Shown in pieces: positions 34,264-41,476 of a stretch of DNA of 42,769 nt. Source of the DNA: Candidatus Bathyarchaeota archaeon RBG_13_60_20 (lineage in GTDB: Archaea > Thermoproteota > Bathyarchaeia > TCS64); NCBI GenBank assembly GCA_001775965.1, contig MEZG01000043.1:1-42769 (forward strand). The letters run 5' to 3'. Both the position numbers and the translations under genes were made by a program. Below the pieces are notes generated by a model. That model saw only the letters and a program-made list of their open reading frames with translations. It was not told where the DNA came from and made no database searches. Positions within the stretch are counted from its first letter, which is position 1. Each line of letters opens with the position of its first letter.

Positions 34264-36099
34264 TTGTCAAGCAAACTGAAGGGGTACGCGGGGAGGTTCC
34301 TGGACGTGGACCTCACCGGGGCCACCCTGTCCGACAGGGTCTTCGACGAGGAGACCCTCAGGCTCTACATGGGCGGCACGGGCATCGGGTCCAAGCTGCT
34401 CTACGAGGAGGTGCCCAGGGACGCCGCGTGGAACGACCCGAGGAACATGGTGTCCATCGCCAGCGGGCCACTGGGGGGCACCGCGGTGGGCGGCTCAGGT
34501 ACCATAAGCATCGTAACCAAGGGTGCCCTCACCGGAGGCGCCACAAGCGTCCAGGCCAACGGCCTCATCGGGGCCTACATGAGGTTCAGCGGGTACGACG
34601 GCGTCATAGTCAGGGGCGCCTCAAGCGACTGGAAGTACCTAGTACTCAAGGATGGTAAAGCCGAGCTCAGGGACGCCTCGCCCATCCTGGGGCTGGACAC
34701 CTACGAGACTACCGACAGGCTCAGGGAGATGCACGGCGCCAAGGGGCGCGAGGCAAGCGTCCTTAGCATAGGGCCCTCAGGGGAGAACCTCGCCAGGTTC
34801 GCAGGCGTATTCGTGGACCACGGCCACAGCGCCAGCCACAACGGCCCAGGCGCTGTGCTGGGCAGTAAGAAGCTGAAGGCCATAGTCGCGTTCAGGGGCG
34901 GTGGCCGGGTGGACGTCCACGACCCTAAGAAGCTGACAGAGGTGGCCCAGGAGATGTACAAGGACGTCGAGTACTTCAGGGGCACCATCGGCGGCGTCGC
35001 CAACATGTACAGGGGCGCCAAGGGCGACCTCCCCATAAAGAACTACATGACCTACGACTGGGGCGCGTCCCCGGAGGAGGTGGAGTCCTTCACCGAGAAG
35101 AGCATCCGCGACAGGTACCAGGTGGAGCGTATGCCGTGCTGGGGCTGCAGGCTGCTCCACAGCACCATGATGGAGGTCAGGGAAGGCAGGTACAAGTGCC
35201 ACGTTGAGGAGCCGGAGTACGAGCAGATGGCGGCCTGGGGCCCCGTCATAGGCAACTCGGACGTGGAGGCCGCCATGATGCTGAGCGGCTTGACGGACAG
35301 GCTTGGCCTGGAGAATAACGAGGCGGGCTGGCTGGTGGGCTGGGTCATGGAGTGCGCCGAGAAGGGGTACCTAGCGGAGAGCCAGCTGGGCTTCAAGACG
35401 GGGTGGGGCGACGTTGAGGGTGCGGAGCGCATCCTCAGGATGGTATCGAGCCGCGAGGGCTTCGGCGACGTCCTAGCCGAAGGCGTCAAACGGGCCTCGG
35501 AGAAGGTGGGGGGCAATGCAGCAGATTGCGCCATCTACACATTGAAGGGCAACACGCCCAGGGGCCACGACCACAGGACCAGGTGGAGCGAGATGTTCGA
35601 CACCTGCGTAAGCAGCACGTCAACCATCGAGACCCACATGGGCGCCATGAGCCCCCAGTCCCAGGGCCCCGCCAACCCGATGTTGGTGAGCGGAGAGGTG
35701 GCCCGCACCAAGGGGCTCATGCAGCTCGAGGACAGTGTAGGCACCTGCCGCTTCAACACCCGGATGAACGCCGGGAAGCTGGCTGAGGCCGTCTCCGCAT
35801 CCACGGGCTGGGACATGGGAGCCGAGGAGGCGTGGGACGTGGGCAGGCGGGCCGTGAACCTCCTCAGGGCCTTTAACCTGGAGTCGGGCATCGGCCCCGA
35901 GCTGGACAGGCCCTCAACCAGGTACGGCTCCACACCTGTGAACGGACCCACGGCCGGCGTCAGCATCATGCCCCACTGGGACGAGATGCTCAGCAACTAC
36001 TACGCGCTCATGGGCTGGGACGAGAGGGGCATCCCCAGGAGGGAGACCCTGGAGAGGCTCGGCATAGGCCACGTCTGGGCCGGCATCAAGGGACTCTGA
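34264..36099 (+). CDS. aor: Aldehyde:ferredoxin oxidoreductase (AOR) family tungstoenzyme
   Basis: The N-terminus is GYAGRFLDVDLTG. GPGAVLGSKKLKAIV, EEPEYEQ and DSVGTCRF are family signatures. TTG start. Confidence 0.85.
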   Translation: MSSKLKGYAGRFLDVDLTGATLSDRVFDEETLRLYMGGTGIGSKLLYEEVPRDAAWNDPRNMVSIASGPLGGTAVGGSGTISIVTKGALTGGATSVQANGLIGAYMRFSGYDGVIVRGASSDWKYLVLKDGKAELRDASPILGLDTYETTDRLREMHGAKGREASVLSIGPSGENLARFAGVFVDHGHSASHNGPGAVLGSKKLKAIVAFRGGGRVDVHDPKKLTEVAQEMYKDVEYFRGTIGGVANMYRGAKGDLPIKNYMTYDWGASPEEVESFTEKSIRDRYQVERMPCWGCRLLHSTMMEVREGRYKCHVEEPEYEQMAAWGPVIGNSDVEAAMMLSGLTDRLGLENNEAGWLVGWVMECAEKGYLAESQLGFKTGWGDVEGAERILRMVSSREGFGDVLAEGVKRASEKVGGNAADCAIYTLKGNTPRGHDHRTRWSEMFDTCVSSTSTIETHMGAMSPQSQGPANPMLVSGEVARTKGLMQLEDSVGTCRFNTRMNAGKLAEAVSASTGWDMGAEEAWDVGRRAVNLLRAFNLESGIGPELDRPSTRYGSTPVNGPTAGVSIMPHWDEMLSNYYALMGWDERGIPRRETLERLGIGHVWAGIKGL

Positions 36100-36140
36100 C
36101 TCCCCAAGGTTTTATCCGGCTTCAATCCCTTCCTCTAGCC

Positions 36141-36938
36141 ATGAGGAACCTTGTCAAGCGCAAGCTCAAGGCCGGCAGGCCGGCACTGGGCACCTGGGTG
36201 ACCATCGGCCACCCCGACGTTACCATGTACCTAGCCGACATGGGCTGGGACTGGCTGGTCTGCGACATGGAGCACAGCGCCTTTGGGCCCGAGACCTACC
36301 ACTTCATGGTTCAGGGGATGCTGTACGCCCGTGAGCGCTGCATGCCCATGTGCAGGGTGCCGTGGACGGACCTCATCTGGATCAAGAAGGTGATGGACGC
36401 CGGAGCCACCGGCATCGTCTCGCCTAGGATTGAGACCAAGGAGCAGGCCGAGGAGATGGTCAGGCTCATGAAGTACCCGCCCTGGGGCGAGCGCGGCGCC
36501 GGGCCAAGGCTCGCCGCCTTCAGGGACCCAGACTACTTCAAGACGGCCAACGATGAGACCCTCTGCGTCGTCATGATCGAGACCGCGAAGGGCGTGGAGA
36601 ACATCAGCGACATCTTCAGCGTGGAGGGCGTGGACGCGTGCTTCGTGGGGCCCAGCGACCTGAGCCTGGACATGGGAATCCACCAGCAGTACACGAACCC
36701 TGTGTTCCTGAAGACCCTGGACAGGATCGTGGAGGCGGGCCGCGACCAGGGCGTGGCCCCCGGCATGCACTGCTTCACGACTCCGGGGCCCACCAACATA
36801 AACGAGGCCCTAGAGCGGGGCTTCCTGTTCTGCGCCGTGAACAGCGACACCGCCTACATCCGGAACGGGGTGAACGCCGCCATTGGTTCCATCGAGGGAT
36901 GGAAGCCCGGGGAGACAAGTGACGAGGTCGCTCTCTAA
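36141..36938 (+). CDS. HpcH/HpaI-family 2-keto-3-deoxy-acid aldolase
   Basis: It has LKAGRPALGTW at the N-terminus, DWLVCDMEH, and VMIETAKGVENI...VDACFVGPSDLS, typical of class II pyruvate aldolases. Confidence 0.8.
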   Translation: MRNLVKRKLKAGRPALGTWVTIGHPDVTMYLADMGWDWLVCDMEHSAFGPETYHFMVQGMLYARERCMPMCRVPWTDLIWIKKVMDAGATGIVSPRIETKEQAEEMVRLMKYPPWGERGAGPRLAAFRDPDYFKTANDETLCVVMIETAKGVENISDIFSVEGVDACFVGPSDLSLDMGIHQQYTNPVFLKTLDRIVEAGRDQGVAPGMHCFTTPGPTNINEALERGFLFCAVNSDTAYIRNGVNAAIGSIEGWKPGETSDEVAL

Positions 36939-36940
36939 TC

Positions 36941-37008
36941 CATTTATAAATGACTGATCAATGCATTGATCGCTCATTTATAAACAGCTGATCAATCGAT
37001 TGATCAGC
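36941..37008. repeat. Tandem 34-bp module, each copy = CATTTATAAA + 3 nt + perfect palindrome built on CTGATCAAT/ATTGATC half-sites
   Basis: The modules span 36941-36974 and 36975-37008 (26/34 identical). The palindromes are GATCAATGCATTGATC (36956-36971) and GCTGATCAATCGATTGATCAGC (36987-37008). Confidence 0.8.
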
Positions 37009-37042
37009 GGTTTAAAAAATTCGTTCTAAAGTCTATTGAAGC

Positions 37043-37354
37043 TTAGGGCTCACGCGGCTGGAGTATCTCCAGCCTCTTCCCCTCGGTGAGGGCCTGCGCC
37101 ACCTTCATCCTCCCACCGTTGAGGAGCCTCCAGATGGTGCCTCGGCTCACGCCCATGGCCGCGCCCGCCTCCTCCTGTGACATGCCCTCAAGGTCTACGA
37201 GGCGGATGGCCTCAAGCTCGGCGAACTCCAGGTGTACGGGGTCGCCCGGCCTCATGGGCTCCGGCTGGAAGGCTGTGGCAGCAGACGGCTTGCCCACCTT
37301 GACTGGCATGGGAAGCCTTCCGTGTCTCCCCCTTCTTCTTCTCCCGTGCATCAT
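37043..37354 (-). CDS. DUF134 (UPF0251) family predicted DNA-binding regulator
   Basis: The sigma-70-region-4-like HTH is EAIRLVDLEGMSQEEAGAAMGVSRGTIWRLLNGGRMKVAQAL, after a basic N-terminus. The start is essentially leaderless, about 31 nt from the TATA centre. Confidence 0.75.
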   Translation of the reverse strand: MMHGRRRRGRHGRLPMPVKVGKPSAATAFQPEPMRPGDPVHLEFAELEAIRLVDLEGMSQEEAGAAMGVSRGTIWRLLNGGRMKVAQALTEGKRLEILQPREP

Positions 37355-37363
37355 GGGTGGTTA

Positions 37364-37429
37364 TGTGCACATGCACAATATTTATATATTTCTGTGCGTA
37401 TGCACATAACGAAAGTGTGCGTAAGCACA
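37364..37429. promoter_or_regulatory. Bidirectional promoter: shared TATA (TTTATATA, 37381-37388) flanked by three TGTGC-N4-GCACA inverted repeats
   Basis: The repeats are TGTGCACATGCACA (37364-37377), TGTGCGTATGCACA (37393-37406) and TGTGCGTAAGCACA (37416-37429). Confidence 0.65.
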
Positions 37430-37443
37430 GAAAGGTGTGAAAC

Positions 37444-37716
37444 ATGGGATACAGAGGAAGAAGGATGGGAAGGAACCCCGGAAACGGGCCCTTCAGCGAC
37501 CTGCCCCCGTGGCAGCGCCCAGGATGGACCTACGGCTACGGCCGCGGATACGACCCAGGCTACGGTAGAGGATACTACGCCGGTGATCCCAGCAAGTGCG
37601 CCCGGTTCCCGTGGCTGCCCCGCTGGTGGTGGGCGAACCCCGACTACAGGGGAACAGTGCCAATGGCTCCGGTTACAGGGGACGCTCCCGCGGCACCCGT
37701 GGCTCCGGATGAGTGA
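37444..37716 (+). CDS. DUF5320-like protein, N-terminal Gly/Arg/aromatic-rich part, ending at an in-frame TGA
   Basis: It has a GRNPGNGP...PGW segment and a tandem GYGRGY repeat. The composition and gene context match DUF5320 proteins found in NifX/MinD clusters (from memory). Confidence 0.55.
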   Translation: MGYRGRRMGRNPGNGPFSDLPPWQRPGWTYGYGRGYDPGYGRGYYAGDPSKCARFPWLPRWWWANPDYRGTVPMAPVTGDAPAAPVAPDE

Positions 37717-37809
37717 ATGTTCCTGAAGGACCAGATGAAGTACCTGGAGCAGGAGCTCACAGGCATCAGGAAGCGTCTGGACGAGCTGGGTTCAGAGGAA
37801 ACAGCTTAG
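37717..37809 (+). CDS. 30-aa coiled-coil peptide matching the C-terminal helix of DUF5320; in frame with, and directly after, the TGA of the preceding ORF
   Basis: The junction reads GAG TGA ATG TTC. The peptide MFLKDQMKYLEQELTGIRKRLDELGSEETA matches the conserved C-terminal helix of the family. Confidence 0.4.
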   Translation: MFLKDQMKYLEQELTGIRKRLDELGSEETA

Positions 37810-37840
37810 TACCCTAAACCCCCTTTTTTTGGTGATCAAG

Positions 37841-38173
37841 ATGAAGATAGCGGTGCCCACCCGGGGAAACAGAGGGCTGAGGGACAGGGTAGCCGACACC
37901 TTCTCACGTGCACCTTACTTCACCTTAGTAACCGTTGAGAACGGGGGCATCACCGATAAGAAGGTTATCCAGAACAAGGCGTCAGAGATGAATCAGGGGG
38001 CCGGTCCGATGGCCGCGCGCACCCTCATGGACAACGGCGTAGACGTGCTTCTCTCAGGGGAGATTGGCCCCGGCGCCACCAGCATCCTAGAGGCCTTCAG
38101 GATAAGAATCGGCAACGCCTCTAAGGACGAGAAGGTTAGGGACGCCGTAGAGAAGTACCTGGCCCAGCTATAG
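37841..38173 (+). CDS. NifB/NifX-family (dinitrogenase Fe-Mo cofactor-binding domain) protein
   Basis: I place the start at ATG 37841, which has a GGTGATC SD 4 nt upstream. It has MKIAVPT...FSRAPYFTLV...GAGPMAARTLMDNGVDVLLSGEIGPGA, typical of the domain. Confidence 0.75.
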   Translation: MKIAVPTRGNRGLRDRVADTFSRAPYFTLVTVENGGITDKKVIQNKASEMNQGAGPMAARTLMDNGVDVLLSGEIGPGATSILEAFRIRIGNASKDEKVRDAVEKYLAQL

Positions 38174-39031
38174 GCCGAGGAATGAGCTGAACTCGCCCCA
38201 GGCCGCCTGTATTGCTATGGACGCCGGCGAGTCGGGGCTGAAGACTGTCACTGGCTGAGCCTGAACCATAGCCTTCGTGACGTTCTCGTCGAAGGGGATC
38301 ATGCCCAGCACGGGTATCCCCTGATCCTCGCAGAAGCCCCTGATGGACGCCGTGTTCTCCACGTTGAGGTCGTACTTGTTGATGATGACGCTGGGCACGA
38401 TCTCAAAGTGCTCCAGAAGCTGAAGAGCCCTCTTCAGGTCATGTATGCCGCTCAGCGTGGGCTCGACGACGGCGACCGCTGCGTCCACGTTGCTGAGGCT
38501 GGCGATTACCGGGCACCCGATGCCAGGCGGCCCGTCCACGAGAACGAGCTCCCTGCCCGTCTCATCGGCGAGCTTGACCGCGTTCTGGCGCACGAGGGTA
38601 ACGAGTTTTCCGCTGTTCTCCATGCCGGGGGTGAGCCGCGCGTGGCTCATGGGGCCGTACACTGTCTCGCTCAGGTAGGCGTGCCCGCAGACGCGTTCGT
38701 TGAAGCTTATCGCCTCCGCGGGGCAGTTCACGACGCACACTTTGCAGCCTTCGCAGTAGATGGGGTCCACGGCGTAATCGTGGATGGCGTTGAACCGGCA
38801 CAGCTGCATGCATAATCCGCACCTGGTGCACTTCTCCGGGTCGATCTCGGCCAGGTTCAGGCCCTTGAACTCCATGGTCTCCTTTACCTTCGGGTTGAGT
38901 ATCAGGTGCAGGTTGCTTGCGTCCACGTCGCAGTCGGCCAGTACGGGCTCATTCGCCAGGGCCGCGAAGCATCCCGTGATGGTGGTCTTACCTGTCCCGC
39001 CCTTGCCGCTGAGGATCGTTACCTGCTTCAC
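38168..39031 (-). CDS. MinD/ParA-superfamily P-loop ATPase with an inserted 2x[4Fe-4S] ferredoxin module (COG1149-type)
   Basis: The GTG start at 39031 overlaps the upstream stop (GTGA). It has the deviant Walker A SGKGGTGKTT, plus CTRCGLCMQLC and CEGCKVCVVNCP. Confidence 0.8.
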   Translation of the reverse strand: MKQVTILSGKGGTGKTTITGCFAALANEPVLADCDVDASNLHLILNPKVKETMEFKGLNLAEIDPEKCTRCGLCMQLCRFNAIHDYAVDPIYCEGCKVCVVNCPAEAISFNERVCGHAYLSETVYGPMSHARLTPGMENSGKLVTLVRQNAVKLADETGRELVLVDGPPGIGCPVIASLSNVDAAVAVVEPTLSGIHDLKRALQLLEHFEIVPSVIINKYDLNVENTASIRGFCEDQGIPVLGMIPFDENVTKAMVQAQPVTVFSPDSPASIAIQAAWGEFSSFLGL

Positions 39032-39861
39032 GCGATCATCGCCTCCACCGTTTCCATGAGCTCGCGGAACCTGCTGCGCCACTCGGTCATCTCAGCGGTG
39101 AAGGGTATCCCCCTGCTGTACAGCTCCGCTATGCGCCTATCGTATGGTATCTCCATGATCACCGGTATCTCCTCGCGTTCACAGTAACCGTACACGCCTC
39201 GGTCGCCGACCCCGGCGAAGTTCACGACGACGCCCAGAGGGACGCCTAGCTGTTTCACCACCTCGGTGGCGACCTGGAGGTCGTGGAGCCCGAAGGGCGT
39301 GGGCTCGGTGACCATGAGGCAGAAGTCGGCCCCGTGCACGGTCTCCACGAGGAGGCACGCGGCGCCCGGCGCCGCGTCCAGGATGACCAGTCCGTCGTCT
39401 ACCGCCTGCTCCTTGACGGCTGATATCACGGGGACCGCCAACGCTTCACCTACATCGAGTTCGCCGTAGACTAGTTCCATCCCGTGGGACTCTGCGACGG
39501 TTATCGTCCCTATCCGTCTGGGCTTCTCGGTTATAGCGTCCTCCGGGCAGACCAGTCTGCAGCCTCCGCAGCTGTGGCACAGCTCGGGGAATACCATGGC
39601 GGTCTCTCCCACCACGAACAGGGCGTTGTACTGGCAGAACTCTGTGCACCTTCGACAGTGGGTGCACTTTTTCTCATTGATCTGCGGGACTAGCAGCTCC
39701 ACCGGCTTCCTCCTCGGGTTCTCAGGCTTGAGGAATATGTGGACGTTGGGCTCCTCGACGTCGCAGTCTATAACCTGTTTAGCGCCCGTGCTGAGCGCCA
39801 GGTTGACGGATATACTGGTTTTGCCGGTGCCGCCTTTGCCGCTAGCCACGACGAGCTTCAT
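39028..39861 (-). CDS. MinD/ParA-superfamily P-loop ATPase with an inserted 2x[4Fe-4S] ferredoxin module (COG1149-type), paralog
   Basis: It has the Walker A SGKGGTGKTS, plus CTHCRRCTEFC and CHSCGGCRLVCP. Confidence 0.85.
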   Translation of the reverse strand: MKLVVASGKGGTGKTSISVNLALSTGAKQVIDCDVEEPNVHIFLKPENPRRKPVELLVPQINEKKCTHCRRCTEFCQYNALFVVGETAMVFPELCHSCGGCRLVCPEDAITEKPRRIGTITVAESHGMELVYGELDVGEALAVPVISAVKEQAVDDGLVILDAAPGAACLLVETVHGADFCLMVTEPTPFGLHDLQVATEVVKQLGVPLGVVVNFAGVGDRGVYGYCEREEIPVIMEIPYDRRIAELYSRGIPFTAEMTEWRSRFRELMETVEAMIA

Positions 39862-39867
39862 GGCGGC

Positions 39868-40239
39868 TCAGTGCTCGTGTTCGTGGAGGCAGCCCTGGGT
39901 GAGCTCCTGCAGTTCGCCGCGGATGAAAGCCTCCACGTTCTCCAAGCTTCCGGGGTGGGTTCCCTGGAGCACGGCTATCCCCAGCTCCTGGAACATCTGT
40001 ATGGCCTTCATGCCCATCCCCGAGGAGACCACGACCTCGCCGCCCAGGCTTTTAATCTTCTCAGGCGGGTGGCCCGTGCCCCCGAAGTGATCGCTGTCGT
40101 TGGGCACGACGCCGCTTTCAATGATCTTGCCTGACTCCACGGTGTACCACGCGAAGTAAGGCGCACGCCCGAAGTGGGCTGAAAGGGTTTCACCTGACTC
40201 CTCTGCTGCCGGGATAACTATCTTAACCATTTTCCTCAC
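39868..40239 (-). CDS. NifB/NifX-family cofactor-binding domain protein
   Basis: It has KIVIPAAE...HFGRAPYFAWY...VVVSSGMGMKAIQMF and ends in HEHEH. The start is GTG 40239 (GTGA overlap) or ATG 40230. Confidence 0.75.
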   Translation of the reverse strand: MRKMVKIVIPAAEESGETLSAHFGRAPYFAWYTVESGKIIESGVVPNDSDHFGGTGHPPEKIKSLGGEVVVSSGMGMKAIQMFQELGIAVLQGTHPGSLENVEAFIRGELQELTQGCLHEHEH

Positions 40240-40640
40240 TCCATGCCTCGGCGTCCGCCTTTACCCATGCCTCGTCCTCCCTGGCCGAAGTGGCCGCCCA
40301 CCGTGGGGGAGGACACCTCTCTCAGCTCTCCCCGCTTGTAAGCCTCCACTATCTGGCGGACTGTTCCTGAGGCCCCTGTATACACCTTTACACCTGCCTG
40401 GCTTAGAGCCATGTGGGCGTTGGGGCCTACCTGGCCGGTGAGGACGGCTTTGACGCCTGCGCCTACCACTGCCTGGGATGCTCCTATGCCCGCGCCGTGG
40501 GCCGCCCCGATGCCGCTGTTGGGCAGTGTCTCGGCCTGCATGGTCTCGGTATCAACAATGACGAAGACATTGCACCGTCCGAACCGGGGGTCCACCGGTA
40601 GGTCTAAACCATTCCCCGTGGAGCTCACAGCTACTTTCAA
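40236..40640 (-). CDS. NifB/NifX-family cofactor-binding domain protein with a Gly/Arg-rich C-terminal tail
   Basis: It has MKVAVSS...RFGRCNVFVIVD...GVKAVLTGQVGPNA and the tail GGHFGQGGRGMGKGGRRGME. The TTG start overlaps the Mrp stop (TTGA). Confidence 0.75.
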   Translation of the reverse strand: MKVAVSSTGNGLDLPVDPRFGRCNVFVIVDTETMQAETLPNSGIGAAHGAGIGASQAVVGAGVKAVLTGQVGPNAHMALSQAGVKVYTGASGTVRQIVEAYKRGELREVSSPTVGGHFGQGGRGMGKGGRRGME

Positions 40641-41476
40641 CTCTGTTTCACCTTCTCCTCTATCCTCTCAACTATCTTCTTGAACGCCTTGGCGGCTGGA
40701 GTGTTGGGGTGCATGACCACGAAGGGGGTCCCCTCGTCGCTGTCCGTCGATATCCGGGGGTCCATGGGTATGCTACCTAGGAGTTCAACCCCCATCTCCT
40801 CCGCCACCCTGGCACCCCCGTTGCCGCCGAAGACCTCTATGAGCTGGCCGCAGTGGGGGCAGACCATGCCACCCATGTTCTCCACCAACCCGAAGATGGG
40901 CACATCCATCTTCCTCGCGAACGTGATCGCCTTCTTTACCACAGACTGGCTCACCTCGCTTGGTATAGTTACTATGACGACGCCGTCCATGTTAGGTAGC
41001 AGCTGCAGTATGCTGAGGCTCTCGTCCCCCGTCCCCGGGGGCAGGTCCACAAGCAGGTAGTCCAGGTTGCCCCAGTTCACCTCACCCAGGAACTGGCGTA
41101 TGGCGCTCATCTTAAGGGGGCCCCTCCAGATGACCGGTGAGTCGTCGCTGGGAAGCAGAAAGTCCATGGACACAACCTTGATGCCCATGGGCCCCGTGGC
41201 GGGCCCTATACCGGCTGGCCCCGCGTCCAGTCTGGCACCCTTAAGTCCCAGCATCTTCGGGACGCATGGGCCTGTGAGATCGGAGTCGAGGATAGCCACC
41301 TTCTTGTCTCGGGCTAAAGCTACTGCCAAATTAACTGTGACGAGGCTCTTACCCACGCCGCCCTTCCCGCTTATTATGGCTATCTTGTGCTTTACTCGGC
41401 TCATTCGCTGCTTGATGAGCTCCTCATCATTGTTCTTCTGCTCCCAAGGGTTGGGGACATCCATTTTCTCGGCCAA
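40637..41476 (-). CDS. mrp: Mrp/NBP35/ApbC-family Fe-S cluster carrier ATPase
   Basis: It has the Walker A ISGKGGVGKSLV, DLPPGTGD, and the cluster-bridging CPHCG motif. Confidence 0.85.
   Translation of the reverse strand: MAEKMDVPNPWEQKNNDEELIKQRMSRVKHKIAIISGKGGVGKSLVTVNLAVALARDKKVAILDSDLTGPCVPKMLGLKGARLDAGPAGIGPATGPMGIKVVSMDFLLPSDDSPVIWRGPLKMSAIRQFLGEVNWGNLDYLLVDLPPGTGDESLSILQLLPNMDGVVIVTIPSEVSQSVVKKAITFARKMDVPIFGLVENMGGMVCPHCGQLIEVFGGNGGARVAEEMGVELLGSIPMDPRISTDSDEGTPFVVMHPNTPAAKAFKKIVERIEEKVKQS

Noticed and set aside
36941-37008. Replication origin (ORB-like repeats) as an explanation for the tandem palindromic modules.
   Set aside because: No orc1/cdc6 gene is adjacent. There are only two repeats, no extended AT-rich unwinding element, and the dyads do not resemble the ORB/mini-ORB consensus I know.
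37714-37716. Selenocysteine at the in-frame TGA of the DUF5320-like gene.
   Set aside because: Nothing in the window supports it. No Sec machinery and no obvious SECIS-like hairpin lie downstream of 37809, and the position is not a redox Cys context. I keep it only as a possibility to test under the split-gene finding.
37841-40640. Nitrogen fixation locus, because of the three NifX/NifB-like domain genes.
   Set aside because: No nifH/D/K/E/N and no radical-SAM NifB core are present. These are stand-alone cofactor-binding domains of the kind found widely in non-diazotrophs.
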